DNA from: Rhynchobatus australiae
Taxonomy: Eukaryota
Reading direction: 5' to 3'
Assembly: GCA_034780895.1 (NCBI GenBank)
Contig: JAUZTB010000135.1
Location: 82,651,876-82,712,026, forward strand
DNA length: 60,151 bases
A program made the position numbers and the translations under genes. Shown here one piece after another: positions 1 through 13,899 of this stretch (position 1 is its first letter; every line of letters begins with the position of its first letter). A model generated the notes under the pieces. The model made no database searches, was not told the DNA's origin, and saw only the letters and a list, made by a program, of their open reading frames with translations.

Positions 1-39
1 ACAATAAAGGGAATAGCAAAGTCCTACCAAGTTTGGAAA

Positions 40-620
40 GTGTGAGATTTGGAGGGGCAGATGGAGGTGTTGCCCATGTTCTAAATGGCATTGAAGAAGC
101 ATTGGCAAATAGTTACAGTGCAACCAGTTGAAAGGTACACATGGCAATAAGTTTTTGCCAGCAGTGTTGTGATTGAATGTTTAAGATGATAGATGGGGTG
201 ATGATCATGTCAGCTGCTTTGACTTGGATGGTGTTGATCTTCTCAAGTGTTGTTGAAAATGCACTCTAGTGTTATGTAAATGGTGGGACTTTGAGGAGTC
301 AGCAGATGTGTCACACATTGTGGAACATTCTATTACTGACCTACTCCTATCACCTCAATATTTATGTGATTGGTCCATTTTAAGCTTCTGAGAAAGGTGA
401 GCATGTTGAAAATAAGATATTCTGTAATGTTGATCCACTGAAAGCCTTGGAGATGTTACCAGACTCTATTTTGTTAGAGATCATTGGTTGGCACCTCTGT
501 GTCACAAATATTATTTGCCACTTATCATTCCAAACTTGTAGGTTGTCCAGATCTTGTCTAGCAAAAGATACTTCATTATCTGAGGAAATGTGTATTGAAC
601 TGATTTATAGGGCACATTGT
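40..620 (-). mobile_element. Decayed non-LTR retrotransposon (CR1/L2 group) ORF2 C-terminal fragment
   Basis: Minus strand of ~481-560 translates RQDLDNLQVWNDKWQIIFVTQRCQPM, the post-RT 'DLD.L..W..KWQ..F...KC' motif of CR1/L2-group LINEs. Confidence 0.7.
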
Positions 621-3600
621 ATGCCTTTTAAGAACAGCATTCTATGTCATATTTGGCTTCTCTAGTGAGATGTTGCAAAATAACTGAAAGAGATTTATTG
701 ATTCCTGCCAACAAGTCCAAATTTGTCTTCCTCAAATGTGCACTGGAAATTAGTTGAAACCCCATTAAAACATAAATACATGGCAATGCAAGTTGTTCTG
801 GATTTCTCATCCACAACTTCCTGCCTTTGGTTTGTGACAGGATGTATTTCAGATTGTTTACATAACTGTGTGGCATCATTATGAACAGTAGCCTTTACCA
901 TCTAAGCCCTTAGTTTCCTCTTTCTGCCAATAATACAGCCCCCAAAATATGAAAGGGGCCTCTGACATTCTTGCATTAGGTTTAAAAATCTAAGTCTAAT
1001 TGCTGATATTAACACCACTAATACAGGTTGGTGGAGAGGAATATGTGGAAGCACGTGAACCTACATTTCGCATCAACATCAGTTCAGAGTGTTATGTGCT
1101 GTAATGCAGTGAATTTAGATGTGAGAGTAATGCTGAAAATATTCATTCTCATTCTCTCTGCCTCTATCTCTCATCCTGATTTTTGGATTAACATTATTTT
1201 AATCTCAGTAGTAATTCATTTATTTTAAATGGCAGTGGTCTAGCGGAGTTTATTTGAAATGGGTGCCTGTCAGCATTAGAGTAATGCTGATCAGGGAATC
1301 CAGGCATTCCTTCCTTTGCTTTCCCTCTCCTCCCAAACCTCAGTGAAGTGGAGTTTCTATTGTAAATTTGAGAAAATGATGACTCTTATATCAGTGAAGC
1401 AGCTGATTTGGCTGATAATAAATCAGCAATGGTGATAAAAGATATGGGAAAATACAGGAAAGAATGGGCTGGACTGTCTTTTTGTATGTGGAATACAAAA
1501 TGTTTTCTCTCAGCCTTCCATAGTACACTATTTGATTTTAGCTGCCCTTCATTGACTTTACAGAACTAAATTTCAGTCTTTAACAATAGTATTTGTGAGC
1601 CATATATCGTGAGGGGACGTCCCTTACAGATTTTCTGTACAGACTTAACTACTATATCCTGGTGATTGCAAAGTACGTATGTGGCCAGGGTACATAAATC
1701 CCACCCGTAAGCATCTGAATTGAATCAGCAACACCAATTTGGGCTGATGGTTTTTCTCCAAACACTCTCCGTTACAATATATGATTGTTCCACCAACTCT
1801 CAGAGCTGTTTTTTTCAAAAATATTATTTTTGGTTTCTGTAAAACATATTTACAATAGTAAGGGATATAAAGATAAACAGAGCAGTCACACACAAAAAAG
1901 ATGTTTTTTTAAAAAGAGTAAATGAATAATTCTTTTGTGGATTTTACAGAGCCCACTTTGGGTCATTTGAAATGAAGAATTTTCAGGTTTGGCTTGCTTG
2001 ACTTCCTGTTGAATGTTCTTTGCAAGAAATGCAAATACCATGCAACACCTGTTCCTCAGCTGGGCTTGTGTGCCTGGGTATTTTTACTTGAGGTGTCCAT
2101 TGTCTTTCTAGCTGTGAGCCGGAAGCAATGAACTGATTAATTACTCCATTTTCTATCTCTACATCTGTCATCAGTGAAGCAGAATAGTCTGTCTGGATTC
2201 CATTATGCCTTTTGCAAATTTGGGTTAAGGAGTCGTCTAGGCCTGTATGCATTGCTTGTCTTTATCTTTAGCAAGGAGGCACAACTGAGAATTGGTCCTC
2301 AGATGACTTTTAGTAAAGAAGTTTCCTGAGGGAGCCATGCCGAGGATCTCTCATTATCCATGTTATGGATGACAGCACTATTGCTACATCTTGCATGGAG
2401 AATAGCTGAGCTATAGAATTGAGAGCAGACTACCAATGCAAACTATGGTTGTATAAAGTCTGTGCATTTTAGTAGAAGCTGTTGATGTGCTGAGTGGCAT
2501 ATCATTAACACTGATGTCATATTATTTTCATTTAAATAGGCCTGCATCAACTTTTTAATTTAAATCAAATGCCTGACATATAGGAAATTCCAATTATTGG
2601 ACTGTCATTGTCCCAACATGATTGCAAAAGGGTCAAGAAATTGTGGTTAACATTTTTGCATAAAAGCCATTGTGCATTGGAAAATTGGAAAATCTGTGTG
2701 TGCACATGCACACGTGCTGAAACTTAAACTTCTTAAATGTATTTAGCAGATATTGCCACGTTTGAAGATGTGAGAGATCTGAATTTATTTTTAGTTAATT
2801 TTAATAGTCTAAATTACAATTCTTTTTCATATGGTAGTTTTGGGAGCAGAGGTTATGACCCTTTGTAACTGTTCAAATTAATTCTCCAAAATCACTGCAC
2901 CAATATAAAAATGATATCCCCTATAGAAAAAGATTTACTTCACGAGATGGACCAGTTGTATGCTACCGGTGGAACGTGTATTTTTATACCTTTTTATAAT
3001 GTTAGTCAAAGCTCACTTTTGATTTTATCATCTTTCACCTATGCACTGGATTAATGACATTGCAAGTTTTATCAGACCAATGTGAAATGATAATTACTAT
3101 ACAAGGACAGATAAGTGAGGATGGGTAGCGGAACAAAAGGAGTTTTACACTAGTCTTTCCATTAATCTATCCAGATATTAACAGAACTTTCTTTATCGCT
3201 CATGGTCATTTCACCACTTCAGAGTAAACTCATGACGCAGGCTGTTTGCTGATTTGAAATCCCATGTGTTCTGTGTAATGGCTGTTCTTTCCTCTCGTGC
3301 ACATTGCAGATGATTTTTGTTAATGCCCAAAATTAATTATCAGATGTCATCTCATTCCTTTCTCGAGGTCAGGCTTGCTGGACAAGTCAAACCATTTGTC
3401 CGTGTGCATAAAGTGTGAAGTCTGTACAGAATGACTGATATGATAAAGAGTATGGGATGTTAGTACCACCCCCTGACCCTGAACTGTATAGCCATTCCCT
3501 AACCCCCACTGCCAAACCCAGACCACCAAAGAGAACCGTCCTGCTTGGTACAAAGAGCTCTGGTAGTTTTCCTGGGATTTAAACTAGGTTAATGGCAGAG

Positions 3601-4105
3601 GAGCTGTTCATTTTACTTCAGTAGCCAGAAGATCAATCATACAGGGCTTTGTATCGGCTTTAATCTGCATAACGAGAGAGGGAAAGAGCACATTGTGTGA
3701 GTAATATGTAAACAGAAACAACATAGAGATGAATTTTCTTTTTCAATTTTCACATGTTCACCTGATATTACCATATGAAAATCAAGAGAATATTCATAGT
3801 CTAGGTAAATATTGGCCCAGCAGAATTATTCTGTCTCTATAAATACACCACTCTTAATTGTATTTTCTTCTTCTTCTTCTGAGCTTAGATGCTGAGTGGT
3901 TACTTACAAATGTGTTTTTTCATCACCCACGAAGACTGTCAACAAAGAAAACATAATGAGTTAGTGAACAAAAATAAATCCATTCTCTGTATTTGTCAAT
4001 AATAATAAACACTGCTCATGAAGATTTAAAATCATTAACAGCTTCTCCAACAATTGTAAAGTTGATTTCAGACCCTGCTCCACACTTTGTAGCATCCATC
4101 TACTT

Positions 4106-4123
4106 TATATATATATATATATA
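4106..4123. repeat. (TA)9 microsatellite
   Basis: tatatatatatatatata. Confidence 0.9.
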
Positions 4124-7100
4124 AAATCAGAAAGCAAAGGCGTAATGATGTGTCCTAATTGATTTTGAACATTAGTTTTCTTTGAATAGATAATCAAATG
4201 TCACAGTCATTACTTACAGACCAAGTTACTCATTTAACCTTCTTGTTCATATTGGCCAGGATTTCATATGCAAGTAACTTACCTCCCTCAGGTTCAGTGG
4301 GAGTAGATTGTCTGCAGTAATCCCTAATGCTATGAAATAGACCTGATAGAACTGTCTGCTTAGGATAATGTTGATGAATTTCAGCTTATGTAGATTAGTT
4401 AACTCTTTTCACCCTATACAAGGAATTCAGTATTAAAGATGGTTCAGAACTGTTCAGCCAGTTTGTGAGTGAACACCCTAACCTATTTTTTTAGATTGTC
4501 ACACACAACAGCATGAAATTTTATGCTGTGTGGTAAAGATCTGAGAAAAGTATCTGGAGCAATTTCAATCACCACAGTCAAATAGGACCAATGTATCAGA
4601 CATCCCACGAGTGTGAGAATCAGCTGACACCATACATGGATTTTTTTTTAACTAGCTAAAGCTGCAGTTGATTTCTACATTTTCTTTGCCCAAAATCAAA
4701 GAAAACAAAATGTTCTAATCTTCAAAGCAGACACTGGCATGTTGAGTACACTTTGTATGCAGACTCATTATGCCCACCATTGTAATCTTTGGTGTAGATG
4801 ATGACTTCAGTATATAGTGGCCCAAAGAGAGTGCAGGACATGCCAATCACCATGAGTTTACAAGAAAGAAGCTCACAAAAGAGTTTCTGTGCTCCTGCTT
4901 CACTGAATGTTCCTTGAGCTTTTAAGAAAAGGCAAATACTGGATATAGTTACCTTACTCAGACCTACTCTGTGGTGGATATTTCAGTTTAAATAAGACTG
5001 TATTTGAAAGGTTTTTTTGTATTTTATATATTTGTTTACCATGGTTACAGTTAATCATTCTTTATTCCAGGAAATGACATTCATTCTTTGTTATAGAAAA
5101 AGAATTCAAATTTATTAGTTTCAAAAAGCACACTTTCAAAAATTGTTTCTAAGAGAAGGTATGGAATTAATGTCGAAATATAGTTTTGTTAACAATTATG
5201 TCAGAATCTACTGGTACTAGGAAGGAAAAGCCAGTTATGATGCATAAAATACAAATGTCTAAAATGTGAGTTGGCAGTTCCTGGGCTTTAGAGATAAAAT
5301 ACATTTTTTTAAAAAATCCAGTTTCCAAATATTATGAAAAATGTTGATTCTGAATTTTGGAATATCAGTATATAGATCTAGGGTTTCCAAAAACAGAACA
5401 GCTAGCCACTTTGAGTGAGTCCAAATTCCATTTTATAGAACTGTGACTGTAGAATCCAAAACTGGGATGGTTTATTTTTCTTTTACAATCGCTTGGAATT
5501 TGTTAGATTTTATGCTTTCCCTGACCAAACATTCTTTTATTTATATGAAATTTGTGTCATATGATTTTGAGCTAATGATTTTACTTTTGTACAGTGTAAT
5601 TCACATGGACATTTGATAGGCAGTTGATTAGTCTGGAATGATTTCTTTAAAATGAAAATTAATTGCAATTTGTGCAGCCTTCATTAGTCTGCTTTTATAA
5701 TTGCATATGTGAGACTGCATGACTGGATTTGGCTGGACTTGGTTAAGAATTGTTGCATCCTTCCAATATATGTGGCTTACTGTGGATATACAAGAGAATT
5801 CTCCTTAATTTAGAATATGTCATGGAAAATAAAACTGATTATTTCCCTAAAGCTTAACAAAAGCTGTTTTAGAAATCTTGATCATACTCCTTTGGAAAAA
5901 TAGTACCATTTACTTTTCATATTTTTTCCTCTAGCTAGTTTGGATCAGAATTATGCCTGAGAGTTGTTACTTTAGGATTGATTAGCAATACAACACCTAG
6001 AAAGAATATTTCACTTTTAATTTCTACTGTTGAATGTAGCATAAAAAGAATTTTTGGGAGTTTGAAAGTTGTAAGAGGACAGAAATGTGAAGAGGAGGTT
6101 TTGCTTTTGTCTTTATTTGTTCAGATGTCTTTCACTTTTACAGATGAGAGATTTTACTGTAAGGGTAGAAGGTAGGACTTCCAAACACAGCAACTGAACA
6201 TTTGTCTTACCATTACAAACCACATAACACCAGTCATTAGATCAGTCAGCTACTAATTTATAGTGCAGAAACCTAAATTATTTCCATACTAATTTTTTTC
6301 AAAGTGTAATAGTGTAATTTCCTGAGTAGTCTTACTAGTTCAAACATACAGAACTGGTAATAGAACAAAGTAGCATTTGGGGGAGTAAAGCTCAAAAGTT
6401 ATTAACTTGCTTAATCAAAGAATTGAAGAGCTTCAAAATATTGGTGTCATTTTAGACTTGGAAATAAAAGTGCAGCTGCTTAACTGTAGAAGAAGCTAGC
6501 TTTTTGGTCAGAGTTTAGTTAATGTTGGGGGGAAAAATTCTGTTTAGGCGATAGATTTTTAAAGCAATGTAATATAAATATGCTTCTCTTTCCATACTGA
6601 ATTTGCTTTATTTCAGGGTAATTTACTGCTGCAGACATGCACTTGTGTCTGCTTTGTAATTTTAGGGATTAGGATAGTGAGGATTAAATGCTGTCTCTTA
6701 ATCTTCCATATCAACTTTAAGAGCGAAATGTAATATGCAAATGGAATACATTCATTTTGTGTTTACATATTTTTAATCTCAGTAATTTAGTTCTAAGAAG
6801 ATGGGAACTCATCTTTGCCTTATTTATTTTGAATCCTAAAGCAAGATGCCATTAAAATCTTTATCCCTATGTCTCACGGGATGAATGTTTATCCACTGGG
6901 GATTAAAATATTATACTTTTTTTTAAAAAGTGTTCTGAACTCAACGACACTTCACATCATGCAAAGTTTAGTGCTCCAGTTTTTCTGCTGTGTGGCAGGT
7001 TATAGAAGTTTTTTTGGAAACTGGTTAAAGTTCTGCTTTTTACCTAAGTAATTTGAAGCAATTCCTTTGAACAACAGAGAATTTGATGCTGTACTGTTGG

Positions 7101-8189
7101 AAAATTGAATTTAGCTCACCCTGAATTCGTCATTCATTTGGCACTTTCCAACATCATTTCTCAATCACAGAGAGAGGAAGTTTGTTCAAAGATTTTTACA
7201 TCCATAGCGCTTTTTTTTCCTGCAAACTGAAGTCAGTTGGTTTGGTAGAATTAGAACCACAGATCAGAATTACAATTTTTTTTTGAAAATAGAGAAGGAA
7301 TTTGTTTGGAAAAGTCTAATCCTGACTAACTACAAACAGATGTTATGAAAAGGAGATGTACAGTGATGAAACAGAGCTCAGATATGAAAACATAAAATTA
7401 TGCCTAAAATATATCTTTTAGATTTATTACCCAAATATTAAAGGACATAAGCATATTTTCAAATTGGTTATACAGCATATATTTTATTTAATCATGGACA
7501 ACTATGAGAAAAATGTTATTTTAAAATCNNNCTATGTTGATACCTCAAAATAACATTCAGTCACTACTGAGAAAGGGAAATAGCAAATTGAGCCAGAAGA
7601 CTCCCACACACAGCATTTCCCTTCTTTCTGCACTCCTACCAGCTCCTTTCCTGTGTAATCATTTTCACATATGAACTTTTCTTTTTTTCTTTTACATTTT
7701 CCTTACCATTCTCTTTTGGGAAATATTCCATCCTACCAATTAAATTTATTTTTACCGTGTATTATATTTGCACAAAAATTTCTCCCCGCCATGAAATGTG
7801 GTACAAAGATTCCATTTACCACAATAAGGGGAGCATGCCACCGACGGGTACACTGAAAAACCTGTGTGAGTTTGTTAATGGTACATGAGAAAATTGGTAT
7901 ATATTAATTCCAACCCGCAAAAGGCATATAAAGGATTGAAGTGAATGCTGGCCATGGACCAAAGTTCATATCTTTAATCTCATGGTTGGAATTGGAGAAC
8001 TTAATATGCTATGCTAATAGTTTGTTTTTAATGTCATAGGCTTAATTGTGAGCCTACCGTTAGGGTAGGCTCAATATTATAGAAGGGGAGAGGGTAAGAC
8101 TGAACACCGATGGCAACACCTCAAGATGATGAACTTTTAGAAATATAGGTTAGTATTTTATTCTGTCCAACAATAGATTATGGGTAATG

Positions 8190-8415
8190 TAATAGATGTC
8201 CAAAATTCTGAAAGGAGCCAAGAAGGATGTTTCCATGAGCAGAGGGCCATGGAGATGAACTTTGATATCCGAGACTTTGATCAGAGTGCAGAAGAATCAT
8301 CTTCATGCAAAAGTGGCTCCGGACTACACTTCCAGGGATACCATGTTGAGATTCAAAACTTAGACTAACGTGGATGAAGGAAAGGAGATAAATGGGTAAG
8401 GAAATGAGGTGGGAA
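8190..8415 (+). mobile_element. Highly decayed CR1-like LINE 3' fragment
   Basis: gatgtccaaaattctgaaagg...aaggatgtttcc...gaagaatcatcttcatgcaaaagtgg follows the same order of motifs as the CR1 3' ends at 38720 and 49710. Confidence 0.4.
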
Positions 8416-9396
8416 AACATTAGAATTTATTGTTCTCATGTGGCAGTAATACTGATACAGATTCAGTTTTGCCAACTTGTCTCTTTCTGTATTGTATTCT
8501 ACAGTAGCGTATCAATACAGAAGAATTTTGATTGTAAAACATTCTGCATACTTTTCATTTGTATTTAACTAAATAGACCATATGATCATTATGTAAGCTC
8601 GGCTGAAACAGCACTATCAGAATCAAACATAGTTGTTTATTCATGAAGTAGAAACTTGTGGACTAAATTTCCATGGGGAAGTTGCCCATTCTGGGGTGAT
8701 CCTAAAACACTGTCCAGAGGAAGAGAAGGAACTAAAGGCCTACTTATATTTCATGCAACTGTCTACCAACCCCAACCCAACACATGATGCATCCATTGCA
8801 TCCTTTTGCTTATTGTTAAAGGAGAAAATTCTGCACTCTAGCAGAATTCAAGTAATTGGAAAAGCTAATCAATACATGGACTCACTTTTTCAGTTAATAC
8901 TGTGTATAGTGAGTTATGGCCAAACAGTTTTGGATTGATGTGCTTGAATTCTTGTATTTTATACATGTATGAGGAGGACTAGAGATGTCAATGAATTGAG
9001 CAGTGTTTTTTTTTATCAGCAGTGCAACGAAGATCTAATAACAACTGTACACTTACTGCTGATCAGGTTTTCTTAAGTTATGTTTTAACGATATTTTGCC
9101 CTCCTAATTGGTAGGCAATAATTAGAGAGGAATCCAGTAAATAAGTAAATGACACATGTTGGGAAACTTTATGGCAGTTTGGTAAACGTTCATATTGTTG
9201 CGTGAATCTGGGTGAGCAGGTGTTAAAGATTTACTGATTTGAAGTGTTGCACACATTTTCAGTGATCTGTGCAATTTTATAGCTTGCCTATGTATTAATT
9301 GTATTTATAAGGCATCTTATATCAATTCCTTTCACACAACCTTTTGTTTATGAACAGAATAAATATTATGAATACAAATGTGATAACTGTTCTCGA

Positions 9397-9494
9397 AATA
9401 AAAACAAAATGTTGGGAATACTCATCAGGTCAGGCAGCATATATGGAAAAAGAAACCAAGTTAAGATTTCTGGTTGAAGACCCTTTATCAGAAC
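9397..9494 (-). mobile_element. Penelope-like element terminal repeat remnant with degenerate hammerhead-like core
   Basis: aaaatgttgggaatactcatcaggtcaggcagcat is shared with copies at 12.7k, 39.3k, 41.1k, 49.6k and 51.9k. The minus strand reads gttCTGATAAagggtcttcaaccaGAAAtcttaac. Confidence 0.5.
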
Positions 9495-9519
9495 CATTAA
9501 CCCAGTAACTGTTCTACGC

Positions 9520-9660
9520 CAGCAACATTCCAGAACAGCAGTGAGGTAATTGACAAATCTCTTGCTGACATTGGTTCAGGAAAGAGCACTGGCCTAACAT
9601 TAGGATAAATGCATTCTTTCTTTTTGAACAATCCCAAAGTATCTTTAGTAGCTATCCAAA
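9520..9660 (-). mobile_element. Decayed DeuSINE (SacSINE1-like) central fragment
   Basis: Weak reverse-complement similarity to the DeuSINE copy at 17175-17590 (aacagcagtgaggtaattgac...ctttttgaacaatcccaaagtatcttt). Confidence 0.35.
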
Positions 9661-10899
9661 ACAATCTCCATCAAAAGTCAAGAATGTCACTCTTTATAAA
9701 GAAAAACATATAAGTACTGTACAACATAATTTTTCTAAGACTTAGATTGTAATGATAATTTTCGAAATGCACAGTCCCTATAGGGAGCCTCTTTTATTTT
9801 ACTGGAGGAGGGGAGCATAAATCAGAATTCTACTACTCACTGCACCTGGTTTACAACCAACTTCATGGTTTAAAAAAGTGTCTAACATATGCGTACATTT
9901 CCTATATGGGCTTAATTTGGCTGTATGGCTTCCGAATGTAATGCAAAGTCATAAAATTATCCCGTGCATGTTTTTGTTTTAACCAATGAATACAAACATT
10001 TTCCATAGCTCATAATGGGTTCAAACTCAAGTTGTATTCGAACACTCCAGAGGCTGTTTATAGAGGAAATTCCCAATCATGCTGTCCGATGAATTAAGAA
10101 AATTTACAACCCTATTGGCTATTTTTGATTTCATAGAGAAGGAATTTAAACTAGGAGATGTCCATGCAAATGCAATGTAATATTGGCACGTACAATTGTT
10201 TGAAACTGTGAACTATATTGCTTTATTATATCCCTTTTTCAATAGTTTTGGAATTGGATACTTATTAAAAGGTTCATCTGATCACAGTTTTCTGTTTTTT
10301 TTTACATACAGTTTGTTCTAGCATAAGCAGCCTTTGTACAAACTAGTTATCACAGGGAGTTATGTTTGAATTGAAATGGTAGTCTTGTCATTTAAGCCTA
10401 TCCGTCAGTAAATTGGGGAGAATCAATCCAATTGCTAATATCCATGGGTTAGTAACAGAATAATGCTTGTAATTTGGTATAAGACCTAAGTTTTTGCCAA
10501 GAAAGCCTTAGGAATAGCTAATGTGTGAGACAACTGCATTCATGTTTGTGGAATTGGGAGTGCTCTTTTCAGAATGGATTGAAGGCTTATTGTTGCAGTA
10601 AGTAGAGCCCTTTAACCCACACCTGACCTGGGAGTACTTGATCTTGACACTGGTGCCTGAAGTGGAAAAGTGTTCCATTCTATTAATATTACACTCCCTC
10701 ATGTTCACAACATGGAGTCTTTAAAATGTAATTTTGTGCCCACACTTGTGGATGACAGTAAGTCACTTACAACTCTGTTGCTGGTGCCGCCTTTATTTTT
10801 AAACATTCTTTGGGAAGCAGGGCTTGTGGGCAGGGCCAGTGTTTGGAATCATACAGCATGGAAATGTGTCCTTCACCCACCATCAAATGCTCATTTGCA

Positions 10900-11167
10900 C
10901 TACTAATCCTACACTAATCCCATTTTCATTCTCCGTACGTTTTCCAGATTCTAGCACTCTAGGGGAAATTTACAGCGGCCAATTAACCTACCAACCTGCA
11001 GGTATTTGGGATGTGGGGGAGAAAAAAATCAGAGCACCTGGAGGAAACTTATCGGGTGACAGTGAGAATGGTCAAACTCCTCACAGGCAGCACCAGAGGT
11101 CAGGATTGAACCTGTGTCACTGGAACCGTGAGGCAGGAGCACTACCAGCTATGCCACTGTGCTGCCC
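10900..11167 (-). mobile_element. V-SINE (HE1-like tRNA-derived SINE)
   Basis: The minus strand starts gggcagcacagtggcatagctggtag (tRNA-like head, A box) and has a ggttcaatcc B box. These are followed by the V-domain tttcctccaggtgctctg...cccacatcccaaa...ggttggtaggttaattggcc. Confidence 0.8.
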
Positions 11168-11639
11168 TCAATCATGTAGTCTCCTCTTTTATTTGAAGTG
11201 ATCATGTATTACATTGAATCCCAAGAGGCGTGATTTACCCATACCATAACCAAGTAGCTCAGTACATGCATACTGTATTTTACAGAAAATCGTTCCATAT
11301 TTTACAACAGATGCAGTCCCCGCTGAGATAGTTGTGAGAAAATAGTGGATTTAACAAGGTGGGTACTGGAGGTATATAGCTATTACAAAATATCTATTGC
11401 AATAAGGGTGGGTATAATATTTTTAAACAATTTAAGTAGTAGGTTAGCCTTGAGGCCTTTATCCACTGCAACTACATCTGTTGGAATGAGATCTTTTAAA
11501 GGATGTTTTGTCACCACTCTGCAGTGTTGTAGCCTTTGACAACATACAAGATCCATGATTAAGTGCTTTATTTTAGAATAGTCTATTTAATGGTAATTCT
11601 GCATTTTGAATAACCCCTCTTCTTTCATTACTTCTTTCT

Positions 11640-13580
11640 CTTAACAATTTTCTCATGTGTAACATCCTGATGCAGCAAGCTGATGCAGCAACCTCAACAA
11701 GGTCTCTTCCTCTCTCCTTTTTCTGTCTGCGCCTTGTAAACAGTGGTTTCAAACCTGCATGCATATTCTTTTAATTCTGCTCCAACTTTTTTACCCTCCT
11801 GACCACATCAATCTCGCCCCTCTCAGAGCTCCACCATCTTCAGACAGATCCTTTGTCTCCTGCTGTCTCAGTCCTGATCCTCGTAGGATTGTCTCTGACA
11901 CCTGGCTTGTGCCTCTATGGCAGTTATCTACCTGCCTTCGCCAAACCCTTTGCCTTCACCTGATTGTGAGGAAAAACCCTGTTCCAACTGTTTCATCAAT
12001 TCCCAATGTTCCCCTCCTTTGCATCACACTTCCACCTTTGTTGACCTTCTCAAATACCTTTTGCCTTTTGGAGGCTTTTCTCTTACCACATCATTTATAG
12101 TCTTCCATCTAGCCTGTTCTCTTACTGCACTCCTCAACTTGGTTCCTGTAAATCAAAGAACTAGCTTTGGTCCAAATCACTCTGCAGATTTTCCACTTCC
12201 TCTCAAACTGATCTCTCCGTTCATTGTTTCCCACCTGTCCTGATCTCCGAACAACCTGCTGCTCAGCTGATTTTCCTGGCTCCCTATATTCAGGATCAGA
12301 TGTTTCTCTCCAACAAGTGCTTTCATAACATTTCCCAATTAGTGCTTACTTAATCTGGCTGTCCTCTCAATCTAGCAGCCACCTGTCATTTCCATTTCCT
12401 CTCAAGTCCTGAAGCACATTCTAACTCTGTTCCAAACCAAATCTTTCACTGTTTGAAACTCTTCAATCCAATCACTGTATCAAAGGCGGGTCATGAATAT
12501 TGCCTTTTTTTTTCTCATGATGGGCATCACCACACCTCACCCTTCTTTCTTTGGCCTTCCCTTTTCATAGGCAACATACAAACCTGGCTTCACCCATCAT
12601 CTGCCAGTCTCTGTCTCACCCACTCCCTCTCACTTCTATATACTGCCTATCTTACACTGTCACTCTTAATGTAGGGCCTTGACCTGAAATGTTGACCATC
12701 CCTTTTGTCTTCACAGATGCTGCTTGGCCCACTGACTTCTTCCAGCAGTTTATTTTTTGCTCCAGATTCCAACATAGGCAGTCTCTTATATCTCTGCAAT
12801 CCTCTTCTAACATCTCTAACATCCTGTCCCATCAGGTTGCTTGTATATAGTCAGTTCCCAGCACAAACATATTACCAGCACTTGCTTTTCCTCCTATCCC
12901 ATCTCAGTCATCTCCAAAAGCATCTAAATGTTTATCTTTAACCTCCAGCTCTTATTATCATCTTCCAGATTAATGAAGTAAATTTCTTATGAACTACCCC
13001 ACTGTCATTGCTAAGTCAATATGGCTCATTCGGAATACCAAAGCAATGGTTCCTAAAAATTCCATAATTTCTGCTTCCTCATTCACCACACCTCCCTCTT
13101 TAGCTGCACATTCTGGTCAAAACATGCATATATAACCTTGGCATCCTGAATAACCAAGACTCCAAACCCACACACTGTCCATTACCAAAATCATTTACTT
13201 TCACTTCTGCATCATTACTCCTTCGTTCCAATCTAATCTTTCCCAGTGCCCCATTCTTCTCCAAACTGACCAAATCATGGTTGCCAAAGTTCTGTGTCAC
13301 ACATACCTCTCTGGCATCTCACTACTCATTCCTAACTTCCAGTGACTACATTCCATAGATTTTTGCCTTTATATTCCTGTATATCTTCATCCAATCTTCC
13401 ATGGCAAATTTATTTCTCCGGTTTAGGTGTCTTGTCCCTTTGTGCATTCCATCACTGGTGGCAAAGCCTTCAGCCGACACCATTGTTACTTTTCAGCATT
13501 TCTTCCTTGGTCTCTTTGCCTCACCGGTTCTTTTATCCCTGCCTTTTAAAACATTCTCAACATCCAACTTTACAATCAAA
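11640..13580 (+). mobile_element. Old L2-like LINE remnant (ORF2 to 3' end), interrupted by a Penelope-type terminus
   Basis: Long C/T-skewed tract with decayed ORF2 motifs (ttccatttcctctcaagtcctgaa, resembling PFLSKVLE; tccattaccaaaatcatttactttcac) and an L2-like 3' end (ccatcactggtggcaaagccttcagc). No intact ORF. Confidence 0.5.
12560..12792 (+). mobile_element. Penelope-like element terminal repeat with degenerate hammerhead-like core
   Basis: cttaatgtagggccttgacctgaaatgttgac...cacagatgctgcttggcccactgacttcttccagcagtttattttttgctccagattccaacat is the reverse complement of the copy at 39300-39400. Confidence 0.6.
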
Positions 13581-13882
13581 CTTTGAATCATTACCATTAC
13601 CTTTTCATTTAAATGTATCCAATAAGGGTGTTATAAAAATGAAAGTTATTGTTGTATCTTTGCTTCTTTAGCTCCCTGAACCTACTTCCTCCACCTTCTA
13701 GGCTCCCACCACAAATCCTCTTGAACTGTCAGGACTGGAGCAATAAGAGCCTTGCATCTCTTCATCTCTCCACAGCTACTGCCGATGCAACTCCATGATA
13801 GGTTAAAAGATTTTTTTACAGGCCAAGACAAATTATTGTAGTGTTTCCCTTCTCTGAAAGATTGGTATCAGCTTGTAAGTAG

Positions 13883-13899
13883 TGCTCCACCTAGTGCTG
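13883..13899 (-). promoter_or_regulatory. Candidate CTCF-binding motif
   Basis: TGCTCCACCTAGTGCTG (minus strand CAGCACTAGGTGGAGCA) resembles the core CCACYAGGTGGCGC with two mismatches. Confidence 0.3.

Noticed and set aside
8049-8073. Perfect 10-bp hairpin TGAGCCTACC-gttag-GGTAGGCTCA
   Set aside because: One such stem is not unexpected by chance in 60 kb. There is no Helitron CTRR end nearby, and it is too short for a pre-miRNA.
8180-8368. ORF MGNVIDVQNSERSQEG... looking protein-like
   Set aside because: It overlaps a decayed CR1 3' fragment and has no convincing splice context or recognisable domain.
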